The notes: generated by a model not told the origin, from the sequence alone. Shown: positions 1 through 14,539, counted from the stretch's first letter. The stretch is 64,000 nucleotides of DNA from Octopus vulgaris (GCA_951406725.2 OX597831.1:72044001-72108000), one strand, 5' to 3'. Numbers and translations: made by a program.

Positions 1-1006
1 ATTAACTAACACTCTTCACACCCACCATAAATGTGTAGCTCTAGGCCTGTATAAAAAGCGCTTGTTGTTTATCTTTGAAATCACTCAAACAACGGAATTT
101 TAAAATCTGGGGTTGCTGTTTCGTACATAAGAAAAACACATTGTTGAAAAAACTGAAAGATGGTTTTCACAGAATTCACAGAAACTTCTTTGACAGGAAT
201 CGCGACAAGAATGCTTGTGGTGTTGTTGAAATGACACTTGGTGGTTATGTTTGCATTACAGTCGGCTTACAAAGGAGAACTGTGTGTCACGGATAGGATG
301 TCCATCTGTTGCAACGTATCGAGACTTCATGTGGATGACGTTTGAGTGCAGAAGGAGAGGGGAGGAAGTTTCCAGTTGCGTCATTTGCAATGTGTGCATG
401 TTTCTGCACTTAGAGGTCACAGCGAGTGGGTAATTGAAGTAGAGAAAGACGGGATTACCAAACCCTTTGAATTATTCCTAAGTTAATTAAATGCGAGGGA
501 TTAGAAAGTGCAGGACTGTCGACTTGTCTTGCGATGAAGCAACTTCACAAGAAACTCCCGATGATAAATAGTGTTAGAGATGAGTAGTAATTGCTGTTGC
601 TGTTGTTGTTGTTGTGGTGGTGGTGTTAGTGTTGTTGTTGTTTCCGTTGTTGTTGTTGGTGTTGGTGGTGGTGGATATGGTAGTAAGGTTAGGTAGTAAG
701 AGTGGTGATGTATAAACCCCAAGTTGGCTCTGTTCAAGCAGACCTATGACCTAAAAACATTCTACTCGTGATCATTCAGCCTTTTAAAACATTTATAGGT
801 GTAGCTCAAGCATGGACCACCTTTTACGAGAAGCATCCTTCATTTTCTTTTTGTCAAACTATCGTATCTCCAGCTGCTTCAGAGCCAAGATATCAAAACC
901 TGTCAGAGTTTTGTACAACGGTTTTGCTATGGAATGGTGAAACTATGTTTTCGTTTTCTGAAAAAGCAACGTTTTGGAATTACGATACTTTTGCATAATA
1001 ACAATG

Positions 1007-1038
<32 letters not shown>

Positions 1039-1149
1039 TTGTTTGGTTTTTTTTCTCTAAGTTTCTGTCCAATGACTGAGGACATGCTGGAGCACCGCCA
1101 TTTACTTTGCTACACTTTTACTAAACCTCTTCTGATACGTTACATTTGG

Positions 1150-2805
1150 TGGATGAGGGAGTTTGACTTTGCTGCCTTCATCTGTGTTTCTTGCCAAGAG
1201 GTAGGTTCATCCGGAACTCTTGAGAGAAGGAGATTTAGTTTTGCTTTAAAAAATCCTACATCCACGTCATGCATGTCTCTCAGGCTTTGGTGGGAGGATA
1301 TTGAAGAGATATGGGCTTTTGAAACTCAAACTGTTGCAGTATCTGATCTTGTATCCTGATGGCAATGTTGGGGCCTTAGGTGCCATGCAGCAGCGCTCCG
1401 TCCTGCTGTTTGTGTAAGTGACAACGCCAAAGTTTGGAACAAATTTTTCTAGGATTTTCCAAATGCATATCATTGCATATCCGTCCTACCTTCGCTCCAG
1501 AGAGAAGAGTCTTAACTCTTTCAGTCTCTCCCAGTACCTGATGTGTCGCATTGTATCGATCTCCCTTGTTTAGCTCCGCTGGTTCGCCTCGAGTTCCGTC
1601 GTTAATTTTACACTGCTTGGTGGCCACAGTTGGGTGCAGTAATCCAGGCGGTTGAGAACGAAAGTCCTTCAGAGGACCATCAAGGTTTCTTTTTCCATTG
1701 TTTTAAAAGTTCGAAAGATCCACCCGTCCAGGCATCTGCATTTTATTGCCAAATTAGTAATATGCACCTGTAAAGATGTATCATTACTCATGTCAATGTC
1801 CAGGTCACGCACTGATTTTGATTCAGGGATTGAAATCCCTCCCGGGCCAGTGTATCCTATCTGCTTTTCATTGAGCTTCCTGTGTTAGCAGCGCAGGGCT
1901 TGGGATTTTCCAGTATTAAACTGCATGTTATTTTACTCCGCCCGCCTGTATATTACTTCCAACTCATGTTGCAGATGCACAACGTCTCTAGGGTTCTATA
2001 TCCTCTGAGAGACTTTTGTATCTTCTGCATAGCTAGCAAGGGTAGGCACTTGAGCAGCTGAGTGCATGTCAGGGAGGTCCACTATGAATAGCAGTGGCCC
2101 CAGGACAGTACCCTGTGGAACATAACTCATTATTTGTATTTTCTCGGAGGTCGCCATGTTGACCACTACTACCTGACTTCTATATTTTAGAAAGTCGTGC
2201 AGCCATTCTCCAAGTTTTCCATATATGCTAAGATTTCGGAGCTTGTGACAAATCCTACCATAGTCGACTCTGTCAAAGGCATTTTTAAAGTCGAGATATA
2301 TCACGTCCACATTTCAGTTGTTGAGCAGCTGCTTTAGCACCTAGTCGTCATGCTGCAAGAGCTGTGTCAGGCAGCTTCTACTCGGTCGAAAACCATGGTG
2401 GGTGTCAGTCAACAAATCATTCTCTTCAAGGAATGTAATTAATTTCCTTCGGACTAGTCGTTCCATGATTTTGCTGAATTATGAGGTCAGAGAGATAGGC
2501 CTATATTTTTAGCCTCTGCTCTGCTTTGTCCTTTATGGATAGGGCATATTATTCCCTCCTTTAGTTTGTCTGGGAGCTTACCATTTGCGAGGAAGCTCTG
2601 TAAAAGTAGCTGCAATAGTTTTGCAAGGACTCTTTATATAACTTGAGGAGGATTGCTGGGAATCCATCAGGGCCAGCAGCTGCGTTTGCATCTATATTCA
2701 TCTATTGCTAGCATTACATCCTTTCCTTCGATGCTGATGTAATCAATTCTTACTGCCTACCGTTCAGCTTCTGTAGCAGTAAAGAATTCTACAGGTTTGT
2801 GCATA
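1150..2805 (-). mobile_element. Decayed CR1-group non-LTR retrotransposon (RT and C-terminus)
   Basis: ORF 1996-2310 reads DVIYLDFKNAFDRVD...VPQGTVLGPLLF...YAEDTK (RT motifs). Upstream PDGFPAILL and RPISLTS-like stretches and a downstream IWKILE...LFNILP segment are present. Multiple stops and frameshifts. Confidence 0.9.
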
Positions 2806-3019
2806 TAAACTTTTGATTTATGATCTCTAGTATTTCAGTCTATAACTAAAGCAGACATCGCTCAAGCATGGTTTATATCTAGTACAAGATAACTAAAAAC
2901 ATATGTACTATAATTTATTGAACTTAAGTATACCAACAAACAAAGATACAAATAGCTTTTCTCAGGCGAATAAAATGTAACGTTGACAATATTAATTCAA
3001 AGTTATTATTCATCTGCAA

Positions 3020-4393
3020 ATTTTAGTTTGTTGATCCAATGCTAAAAATGTCCTTATAGACAAGGTTTAGGGCTTTACCAGTAGGGGCGAAAATGAAACG
3101 TTTGTCCTTGCTCTCCGATCTGGAGCCCCAACATATAACTGACTGTGTGAAAAACAGTCCCACTCTATTTGCAAAGCAGTAACTTTCAAGGTCTGATGTC
3201 TTAATAGACATCGCAAAAGACTGACGTATTGGAAATTGAGGTCGTTTGAATTCGAAGGGCATATTGGAAGGTATTAAAGGTAAGCGTGGAATAAAAAAAA
3301 ACATCTTCGCCTTTTCTACAAACAGAAATTATTGTGGCCTCTATGACATTTCTCGTTACTTTCTTCACAGCAAGGCTTGTGCCATTGCAAAGCTTTGGCT
3401 GAAAAAGGTTCTGCAGAAGCATGATTGGAGTGCCTATTTTCAACAGAAGGCGATGAGGATGAGCTCCTTTTGGATCCAGTAAGTTAAAGACCTCAACCGG
3501 GTAATTGACAATTTCCGAGTTATCAACAACAGAGTGTATATATTTGTTAACATGTTCATTTCCTGGAGGCACAATAGCCCAGTGGTTAGGGCAGCGGACT
3601 CGCGGTTATAGGATCGCGGTTTCGATTCCCAGACCGGGCGTTGTGAGTGTTTATTGAGCGAAAACACCTAAAACTCCACGAGGCTCCGGCAGGGGATGGT
3701 GGTGATCCCTGCTGTACTCTTTCACCACAACTTTCTCTCACTCTTACTTCCTGTTTCTGTTGTACCTGTATTTCAAAGGGTCGGCCTTGTCATTCTCTGT
3801 GTCACGCTGAATATCCTCGAGAACTACGTTAAGGGTGCACGTGTCTGTGGAGTGCTCAGCCACTTACACGTTAATTTCACAAGCAGGCTGTTCCATTGAT
3901 TCGGATCAACCGGAACCCTTGTCGTCGTAACCGACGGAGTGCTTCCATACATCCATTTCCTGGTAAAAGTTTCTCGAGTCTTTCAGTTAAATTATTCGCA
4001 GGAATGTTCTTTGGTGCCATCACCGATCTTTCGCACAACCGTTGTCAACGTCATCTTAAACTTGTCTAAGAAAAGCTATTTATATTTTTGTTTGATGGAA
4101 GTGCAATGAATTATAGTACGTTTAGTTATCTCACTTCGACCAGTCATTTATTTGGGAACTGCGGTATATACATGTTGGAAAAGGGCCCCGTAGCACCCTT
4201 AGGAGGTCACCTACAGACGGGGGACCACGTCCATTGTCTTCGGCATAAAACTTTACACAAGAATTAGCTTTTAATTTTTATATAAATGCTGTAGCCTTTC
4301 TTGTTATAGATGGACAGACAGACACACACTCACACACGCAGACACACGCACACACACACACGCACACACACATGTTCATCTTTATTATATAGA
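3020..4393 (-). mobile_element. Internally deleted Helitron carrying a PIF1-type helicase C-terminal remnant
   Basis: ORFs 3201-3572 and 3023-3304 read [26 protein letters not shown] and [30 protein letters not shown]. The remnant continues past the SINE ([11 protein letters not shown]). A minus-strand 5' A|TCTATATAATAAAG lies at 4393. The 3' CTAG was not clearly located. Confidence 0.8.
3565..3946 (+). mobile_element. tRNA-derived SINE family C (tail type a), inserted in the Helitron
   Basis: tRNA-like head GGAGGCACAATAGCCCAGTGGTTAGGGCAGCGGACTCGCGG...GGTTTCGATTCC with A/B boxes. TSD CATTTCCT(GG) at 3557 and 3954. Confidence 0.9.
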
Positions 4394-4450
4394 TATACAT
4401 ATATATATATGTATATGTAGGTGTGTGTATATATACATATGTGTGTGTGT

Positions 4451-4744
4451 GGAGGCACATGGCCTCGTGACTAGAGCAGCAGACTCGCGGTCGAGGGATC
4501 GCGGGTTCGAATCTTAGACCGGGCGATGTGTGCAATTATGAGCGAAACACCTAAGCTCCAAGCGGCTCCGGCAGAAGGTAATGGCGAACTTCTGACTCTT
4601 TCGCCACAACTTTCTCTCACTCTTTCCTCCTGCATCTTGCAGCTTACCTGCGACGGACCGGCGTCCCATTCAGGTGGGAACGTATACGCCAAGGAAACCG
4701 GGAAACCGGCCCTTATGAGCCAGGCATGGCTCAAGAAGGAACAA
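4451..4744 (+). mobile_element. SINE family C (tail type b)
   Basis: Same tRNA-like head and body as 3565. Different 3' part CCTGCGACGGACCGGCGTCCCATTCAGG...AAGAAGGAACAA. Confidence 0.85.
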
Positions 4745-5146
4745 ATATATAGATATATATACATACACACATACACGCAAACATACATGCACATGCGCGC
4801 GCACGCACGCACACACACAGATATCTGAAAAGTATATACAAAATAACTTTTGAAAAACTTTCTCCTAGAACAAAATAATGTAAATTTGATGCATTGAAAT
4901 ACTTTATCTGGTATTTAGGCGACATGTCTTGTGCAGTTTTTAATCATTTAATCCGTTGAGCATCGTACTAATGAGTAATCAGCACAGATAAAACGGTACA
5001 ATATGGTGTTTGCTATTGAGATGTGTGTGTGTGAAGATGTATATCTATTCGTTCATTGAACACACAGGCCTTACATTCTCTCTGGTCAGCTGCTGTGCTG
5101 GTATAGGGAGTGATCAACAAAAATAAAATGCCTGTACGTGCGTGCA

Positions 5147-5192
<46 letters not shown>

Positions 5193-5707
5193 TATGTGTG
5201 TATGTGTGTGTGTGTTTCCTATCTTTATAGCCGTTTTCTTTTAACTTTCCATATGTGCAATGTGTCAGAAAATTTTTTTATTTGATCTCTGGTGCGCCAC
5301 AACGTCAAATATATTGAGAATCATTGGTTTATTCTGTCTTCCTACATGTGTTATGACATGTTCAGGAGTTGTTTAATGTAACTGATAGTATTGTTGTCTT
5401 CGCTGTATGTGTGTTTATGTGTGTACGTGTCTATATGTGCCTGTATATGTGCGTGTGTTTGTATGTGACATGTTGCTGGATGTGGTTGATATTCTCTTGT
5501 GTTGCTAATAAGGAAGAGACAGTGGTTTCGGTAAGTGCCAGTTTATGTGTGTTCCTTTGGAATCATGTTTCTAGATACTTTGGAATAGTTGCGAAGCTAC
5601 GTCGAGTGATGGGATAGAGGAATGTGTGAACACGGTGTCATCTGGTCTGAAACTAAACTAATTTTTGAGAAGGAAAGCTAAGGCTGCGTTGGTATAAAGT
5701 GGGATAA

Positions 5708-5938
5708 AGGCGGCGAGCTGGCAGAAACGTTAGCACGCCGGGCGAAATGCTTAGCGGTATTTCGTCTGCGTTACGTTGTGAGTTCAAATTCCGCCGAGGT
5801 CGACTTTGCCTTTCATCCTTTCGGGGTCGATAAATTAAGTACCATTTACACACTGGGGTCGATGTAATCGACTTAATACCTATATCTGTCCTTGTTTGTC
5901 CCCTCTATGTTTAGCCCCTTATGGGTAATAAAGAAATA
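5708..5938 (+). mobile_element. tRNA-derived SINE family A
   Basis: AGGCGGCGAGCTGGCAGAAACGTTAGC...GAGTTCAAATTCC...GTCGACTTTGCCTTTCATCCTTTCGGGGTCGATAAA...AAAGAAATA; more than 15 related copies in the window. Flanking direct repeat 5644-5704 / 5939-5999. Confidence 0.92.
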
Positions 5939-6952
5939 GGTATGAAACTAAACTAATTTTTGAGAATTAAAGCTAAGGCTGCGTTGGTGGTAAGTGGGAA
6001 GGTGTAAACGAGAGGACGGAAGCTTGTTACACTAGTCAGGAAAGTGTAAGTGGTGATTTTTATTTTGTGCACTGCGCAAGTTTCACGGCATCAAGAGGTA
6101 ATATTTGCCAACTACGATTAGTGAAAACGCGCGACCCTTCGACGAGGGCGTTGTACTCACAATTGCGAAAATGTGGTTTCGATTTCTCTACTGAAGAGGG
6201 TTGGAGTGCGTTTGTGTTTTTGAGCAAAACATTTATTTTCTCGTTGGTCTGCGGTCACTTTGGTGTCTGACATGTGGCGCACACTGTTCCCCTGCACATG
6301 TATTGTTGATTTGATGGAGCGAGTGAGCTTATGTACAGCTCAAACATTTGATCACTATAACTAAGTTATGTGTGGAGCTTGTTCAGTCAGAAGTTGCGGA
6401 CGACAGGAGTCCTATACTGGAGAGTCTTATAATGGTGCAAGAAAGAAAAAATGTGTATTAGGTTTACGCTCAGGAAAAATAGAAGAGAAAGACTCATGTT
6501 TCGAACAAATGCTCTTCTACTAAAAGAAAAGACAAGGACAAAAAATGGGGAGAGAAGAAGAAATGTGTTTCAGGCGTTCATTTCATCTATTCTTTTACTT
6601 CTTTCAGTCTTTGCCAGCCTCGGTAGAATAATCTTATGATTTCAGCTATTTAAGCAGTGGGGTCTTTTTGTTTATCTAGCGCTACATTGGCTAATGTGTC
6701 CCTTTTTTGTTGTTTTTTTTTTTTGAGACGGCAGAGTGTGAACTCAAGAAAATTGACAGCTCCTTCGTCTCTTAAGGTGTTGAACATTTTGTGTTTTGTG
6801 TAATAGAGACTTGTGAGGAGGGTCGGTTCAAACGTTTTCCTGTCGTAGATGGAAGTTAGTTCCATGCACGTGCGTGTTTTTATGTGAATGGGTAGGTGGC
6901 GGGCTTTTGTGTTTGTGTGAGTATAAAGAGAACCCTGTTGAAAATGTTATGT

Positions 6953-7042
<90 letters not shown>

Positions 7043-7045
<3 letters not shown>

Positions 7046-7226
7046 AATTAAGGACTGAACACGAAAAGTGGACAGTCAACATGCTAGATATAGACGTCAA
7101 ATCGTCATTCACCACAAAAGATTATGTTCTCAGATCTGAGAACATAATCTTTTGTGGTGAATGACGATTTGACGTCTATATCTAGCATGTTGACTGTCCA
7201 CTTTTCGTGTTCAGTCCTTAATTGGT
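7043..7226. repeat. Perfect 184-bp palindrome without spacer, in a (TA)n tract
   Basis: Arms are exact reverse complements about the central AGATCT (axis 7134/7135). Confidence 0.95.
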
Positions 7227-7343
7227 ATATATAAATATTTTAATCTTCGGATTATTTTTTTTAATATGCTAGACCACTGGTCTTAATTGATAAATATCAA
7301 TTTCTACCCTTAATTAATTTTATATATATATATATATATATAC

Positions 7344-7890
<547 letters not shown>

Positions 7891-7899
7891 AATATACAT

Positions 7900-7997
<98 letters not shown>

Positions 7998-8174
7998 GAA
8001 TATTGCGTAAAATTTGTTGTAGCGTGATGGTTGCGTTCCGTACTTTATGCCAAAATTTGAAACTAATATTTTAATGAAGTTAAAACAATTATATCTGCTG
8101 TGTTTAATTGTTGAACTTTTCTCCAACTATTGTCTTCGCTAAATTACTCATGAGCCTGCACCGTCAAAACCTGC

Positions 8175-8593
8175 AATAATAATCTTTTCCACTCTAGGCA
8201 CAAAGCTCGAAATTTGGGGGAAGAGGACCAATCGATTAGATCTACTCCAGTACGCAACTGGTACTTAATTTATCGACTCCGAAAGGATGAAAGGCAAAGT
8301 CAGCCGCGGTGGAATTTGAACTCAGAACATAAAGACAGACGAAATACCTTGCTTAATCCAAGGTCAACTGTAACCTGGTAGTCCGCCGGGCGAAATGCGT
8401 CGCTGTATTTCGTCTGTCGTTACGTTGTGAGTTCAAATTTCGCCGAGGTCGACTTTGCCTTTCATCCTTTCGGGGTCGATAAATTAAGTACCAGTTACGC
8501 ACTGGTGTCGATGTATTCGACTTAATACCTATGTCTGTCTTTGTTTGTCCCTTCTATGTTTAGCCCCTTGTGGGTAATAAAGAAATAGAAATA
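8175..8593. mobile_element. Two SINE A copies in opposite orientation (8175-8350 minus, 8383-8593 plus)
   Basis: Match to the SINE A body on each strand. Confidence 0.85.
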
Positions 8594-9349
8594 GGTATTG
8601 TACAATCAAACATTCCTTCTCTGTTTAAGACAGTAGAGTGAGATCTAAAACATACCTGGTAGCTGTTTCTAGCTAATCGAACGACTACGCAGAAGTTCTC
8701 TCGTGTGTTGTTTGTGTATTATGTTTGACTGTATCCCAAAGTTTTATGTGTTGAGTAATTAGGGTTGAATTTTTGTTTCTTTCTGGAATGTTTTGGGAAG
8801 CGTTTCAAATTATTTGGTTGTTCTGGGGTATTCTACGTTAATGATTACGATGTTGTTTGTTGCTCAACCCATACCCGTATGCGAGAGTGTACATAAAATG
8901 ACGATGATGAAGATGATGGTGAAGAAGAGGAGGAGAAAAGAGAAAGAGGAGAAAGTGTAGGAAGAAGAAGAAAGAGGAGTCATAGTATATATCTAATAAA
9001 CATATTTAGCCTTGTTATAAAATTAAATCCACGTAGTTAAACTCCATGACCTTCAGAAACCCAGAATGAGGGCAGATCCCAGGCGAGTCTTTCTTAAGAC
9101 TCATCAGGGATCACTTAGATTGCCTTTCAAGCTATTGAAGATAAATTACAATGAGGGGCAACTGAAAATGAAAACAAGACTGTGAGAGGCATAATTCCAT
9201 TTACATAATGATACCAGGTTGACGACCGGGAATTAATTATTGGAACACCTCTGCTACAGGGGCTGCAAGTACATAGGTGTGTGTGTGTGTGCGTGTGTGT
9301 GTGTGTGCGTGTGTGTGTGTGTGTGTGCGTGTGTGTCCATGCGTGTGTG

Positions 9350-9560
9350 TGTGTGCCTATGTTTGACCCTCTTCACCACTTGACAACCGGTGTTGATGTA
9401 TCTACGCCCCCATAATTAGCGGTTCAGCAAAAGAGACCGATAGAATAAGTACTAGGCTTTAAAGGAAAAGGGTACTGAACGCGATTCGTTGGACTGAAAT
9501 CCTTCAAGGCGGTGCCCTAGCATGGCCGCAGTCTAACAGCTGAAACAGCTAATAGATAAA
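9350..9560 (+). mobile_element. Diverged 3' half of SINE B
   Basis: TTGACAACCGGTG...GAGACCGATAGAATAAGTACT...GCATGGCCGCAGTC. Confidence 0.8.
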
Positions 9561-9650
9561 ATATTCTATAGATAGAGAGAGAGAGAAAGAGACAGAGAGA
9601 CAGACAGAGGTATATATATATATACATACATACACACATACATACATACA

Positions 9651-9682
<32 letters not shown>

Positions 9683-10095
9683 GACATACATACATAATAC
9701 ATACATACAAATATACATACAAACATACATAAATACATACATATATGCTGGATCACAACCATATGTTTAATACACATTTTTCACCTTGCTTTGAAATTAT
9801 TAGGTCCTGTAGTTACTACTAGTATATTGTAGCATAGTGTACTGTAGTGTAAGGTACAGTGGGGCAAAATTAATAGTCCAGAAAAAACCCCACGAGATAA
9901 AACCATTTCAAAAATATATATAACCATTGAAAGCTGCCCTAAATGTTTCTGAAGCCCTCAACCTAATAGCAGAAAAAGGTGAAAAAGCAAAGTAATATAA
10001 CATACGTATAGTCTTGGATTCAACCAAGCGTGTCGCAGTGAAGGGTTCTTTACTTAGATGCACTCTGAGTTACTTTTGTAAGATACACGTAATAG

Positions 10096-10159
<64 letters not shown>

Positions 10160-10333
10160 TCTATCTATCTATCTATCAATCTCTTCTCGCTTCTTTTTTC
10201 TTGTTAGCTAATGTGGATGAGTGGATGATGATGCAGATAAATGTTCGGGTTGTCGCGTACATTTTGTATCCGTATCCATACCGTAAGAGTAGAATAACTG
10301 TGTGTGTGTGTGTGTGCGTTTGTGTATACATAC

Positions 10334-10376
<43 letters not shown>

Positions 10377-10494
10377 TATGTACACATATATATATATATA
10401 TATAATTCTGCTGCTTTAAATAAAGCATATTACTCTACCACTGGTATTTGAGTACTCTTTTTTCCACCTTGTTTCACATTTATGTGTTTACTCC

Positions 10495-10553
<59 letters not shown>

Positions 10554-10979
10554 GTATATATATATATTCGCATGCACACAAGCATGTATATACATACATA
10601 TATAAATATATGCATATATATGTATATGTACACATACATACACACACACTTCACGTACACGCCCACACATACGGACACACACACATACTCAATTGTACCA
10701 GCCATCTCATGTATCCCGCAAGTAAATCCAAAGCAAGTTTGGATCCAGAGAAAAGGTGGGGTCCAAAGTACTTTGCAGACTGGTCTGTGACTGAAGGTTA
10801 ATAATGGGTTTTCTTCAGACCCACAGAGCAAAGAATGTTGAAAGTTTTAAAGTTTTTAATAATTACTTTGAAATCCAAAATTCGAAAAAAACAATCTTAG
10901 ATTATTGTAGCGAACGCAAATGCATTGCTGCGAATAAAAAAACCCATTTAGATCAGTTAAAGTATGTTTAGAAAGACGA

Positions 10980-11211
10980 AGGCGGAGAGCTGGCAGAAAC
11001 GTTAGCACGCCGGGCGAAATGCGTAGCCGTATTTCGTCTGCCGCTACGTTCTGAGTTCAAATTCCGCCGAGGTCGACTTTGCCTTTCATCCTTTCGGTGT
11101 CGATAAATAAAGTACCAGTTATGCACTGGGGTTGATGTAATCGACTTAAAACCTATGTCTGTCCTTGTTTGCCCTCTCTGTGTTTAGCCCCTTGTGGGTA
11201 GTAAAGAAGTA
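10980..11211 (+). mobile_element. SINE A, full length
   Basis: Full match. TSD GTATGTTTAGAAAGACG at 10962-10978 and 11213-11229. Confidence 0.93.
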
Positions 11212-11484
11212 GGTATGTTTAGAAAGACGTATTCACTGCTAATTTCCCCCGCTGGAGCTTTCTCGCTCTTGACAATTGACGTGGAAGACCAAATCTTTTC
11301 AAGGCGATCTCTCCGGCAGAACGATTAAAGCATTTCTAGCTTCTTCGTTGCCATCAGAGAGACAACCCTAAAATAACTTCGCAGACATTTTTTTCCTTAT
11401 AATAAGTCAGTATCAAAACATGGACTAATCACGCGCGACGCCGACCGTAGGTAAGCAAAATATTATGGTTATCATTCATTCATT

Positions 11485-11700
11485 CATACATACATACGCA
11501 CGCACGCACGCACGCACATACATACATACATACATACATACATACATACATACATACATACACACATACATACATACATACATACATACATACATACATA
11601 CATACATACATACATACATACATACATACATACATACATACATACATACATACATACATACAGACATACATACATACTTGCATACATACATACATATATC
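11485..11700. repeat. (CATA)n microsatellite
   Basis: Direct inspection. Confidence 0.95.
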
Positions 11701-11714
11701 ATATATATATGCAT

Positions 11715-11944
11715 GCGGTGAGCTGGCAGAAACGTTAGCGCGCCGGGCGAAATGCTTAGCGGTATTTCGTCTATCGTTACGTTCTGAGTTCGAATTCCGC
11801 TGAGGTCGACTTTGCCTTTCATCCTTTCGGGGTTGATTAAATAAGTACCAGTTTCGCACTGTGGTCGATGTAATCGGCTTAATCCCTTTGTCTGTCCTTG
11901 TCTGTCCACTCTATATTTAGCCTCTTGTGGGCAGTAAGGAAATA
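11715..11944 (+). mobile_element. SINE A
   Basis: Body match. Flanking direct repeat ATATATATGCATGCG. Confidence 0.9.
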
Positions 11945-12002
11945 TATATGCATGCGTACATGCATACATATGTGGGAGCGCGCATGCGTGTATGTATGAA
12001 TG

Positions 12003-13346
12003 TATGTGGTACCAAAAAGTTCTCGGACTACTTCTGTAGCGGGCCAACAGATTCCAGCACACGGTTGCGTGAGGCAGTGGGAGCTAGCAGTGACCTTCAT
12101 GACATAGTGCGCCGAATGACATCGCTGTTTAATTCGCAAGTTGTGAAATTTGTGTTTTTGTGTTGATGTGTACGCTGTAGTCTGCGATTTAATCATGGAC
12201 AGGAAGTAGCGACAGAGAGCCAACATGAAATTTTGCGTTAAACTTGGGAAGTCTGCTACAGAGCCATTGAGCATGGGAAGTCTGCTACAGAGCCATTGAG
12301 CATGCTTTGGCAAGATTACGGTGACGAGGTAATGGGTTGTACGAAATGTTTCGAGTGGCACGGGCGCTTCAAAAATGGAAGAACGTCCCTGGAAGACGAT
12401 GGGCGATATGGAAGACCTTCCAAAAGCGTCAACCCTGGAAATGTAGAGAAAATTCATCAGCGTGTGCAAGAGGGACCTCGGATGGCAATCAGTGACATTG
12501 CTGATGTTGTTAGTCTGTCGTATGGGTCCGTGAAGGCAATCCTAACGTCTTAATTCAATATACAGCGTGTCTCTGCCAAGTTTGTCCCTACCTGCTGACC
12601 ACTGAACATCGCATTGAAATCTAAGAGGATCTCCGCCAGCGTGCCGCTGATGACCCGTCCTTCATGTCGAGGATCATCACCGGTGACGAGAATTGGGTCT
12701 ACGGGTACGACCCTGAAACGAAGCAGTCGTTACAATGGAAAAAAGCTTTCATTTTCACGACCGGAGAAGACACGACAGAACGGCAGCTCAATCACGAGCA
12801 TGCTCATCTGTTTTTTTTTTACTTCCCCGGTATTGAGCATCGAGAATTCGACCCCCAGGGCGTAGCCATCAAACGAGAGTTCTACTGCAGCATTTCGAAG
12901 CGTTTGAAGGGGGACAGTCGGCAAAAGCGACTGGATTTGCGGAGTTTGAAGAATTGGATTCTTCATGTCGACGATGCCCCCTGTCACTGAGCTCTCCTCA
13001 CTCGTGAGTTTCTCGCCAAAAGACAACATGGTATCGCTTCCGCACCTGCTCTATTCGCCATATTTAGCACCTTGCAGACTTCCATCTCTTCCCCATGAGG
13101 AAAATGCAGCTCAAAGGTCGCCGTTTTAACATTGCTGTCGAGATCAAGAACAAATCACAGAAGGTCCTCGACTCTCTTGCGGAAAACAACTTCCAGTCTG
13201 GATTTCAAAAGTGGCAGGAACGCTGGGACCGATATATTGTTGCTCAAGGTGACTATCACGAAGAAAATTGTTAAAACCTAGATAAGTAAGTTTTTTTTTT
13301 TTTATTAAACATATCTAGTCCGGGAACCTTTTGATACCACCTCGTA
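12003..13346 (+). mobile_element. Full-length decayed mariner transposon (DD34D type)
   Basis: TIRs GTGGTACCAAAAAGTTCTCGGACTA / TAGTCCGGGAACCTTTTGATACCAC. Transposase motifs FEWHGRFKNGRTSLEDD..GRP, ITGDENWVYGYDPETKQS, WILHVDDAPCH, YSPYLAP. Frameshifted, with a ~29-bp tandem duplication at 12245-12302. Confidence 0.93.
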
Positions 13347-13434
13347 TGTATGCATGTAAAATTCCCGTAACAAAATTATTAAAGAAAAGAAAATTTCGAC
13401 AAAAGGAGCGTAAGTGTTTCACTATCCTTGTAAC

Positions 13435-13705
13435 TAGTGATCACATGATCGACCAGACAATCGGATGCTGTTAAACATCGCTGTTCACAATGCGCTTTTA
13501 TTGCATTGTTTTTAACTTTCGAGTGATGCCACCCGATGGCTAGTCGTCGAAGGGTTACCCATTTACAGCAGAGGGATGGACTGTAACAACGTAAAACGAA
13601 ATGTATTTTTACTTAAGAGCAAGATGCGCCGCTCGGTCCTGGAATTGAACCCACGATTTTGTGATCCAGAGTGCAACATTCTAGCCCCTAGGCTACGCGT
13701 CTTCA
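13435..13705 (-). mobile_element. Diverged SINE with family C-like tail type c
   Basis: Reverse match to the GCGCATTGTGA.CAGCGATG...CGATCATGTGATCAC tail and a tRNA-like head. Confidence 0.7.
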
Positions 13706-14072
13706 CTGTTATAATTGGTGAAAGTAGAAAAGCATAGGGGACATAGAGACAGCCTAGGAGTGATTGAGATACAGAGGATGAGAGTGAAATAGAAAGAGAA
13801 GGGGAGGAGAGACGAAGCTGGAATTTCAAATATGGGTGGTCTGTGAAGTTATCTTACAAAATACAATGAACCCTGAGGCCTACTTCAAAAGTCCCATGTA
13901 TATCGAAACCGCAGTGCCTCCATTTCCAGATCTAACGCTGTTTGTATTTTGAGATCATAATTTTGCACTGAATTTTTACCTCAAACCGCATTTTTAGAAA
14001 ATCAAATATTTAGTGTATTTAAATAAACAAAGTAAGTAAGTGCGCCTCTCACACACACACACACACATTCAC

Positions 14073-14247
<175 letters not shown>

Positions 14248-14495
14248 ATATATATACACACACACACATATATATATATTATCTGTATTTGTAAATAATA
14301 TTATAGAAAATAAAATACCTGGTATGGGTGCGGGTGTTTCAGTGTATATAAGTTAATAAGTAAATATAAACACGCAGGCACACTCGAAATATGCTTATGA
14401 TTTTAAATAAATAAATAATCTATATAATATGTGTGTGTTTGTGTATGAAACCTATTGTCTGTGTAACTGTATTTATACATGACTGTGTGTATGTG

Positions 14496-14539
<44 letters not shown>

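Noticed and set aside
1-560. Possible degenerate TE coding sequence (Cys-rich or endonuclease-like words)
   Set aside because: Motifs are too weak and fragmentary to assign.
3565-3640. tRNA genes at SINE heads
   Set aside because: They continue into repeated SINE bodies, and no proper acceptor stem was seen.
6705-6785. Possible small exon after a poly-T tract
   Set aside because: Weak splice signals and no recognisable peptide; would need RNA-seq.
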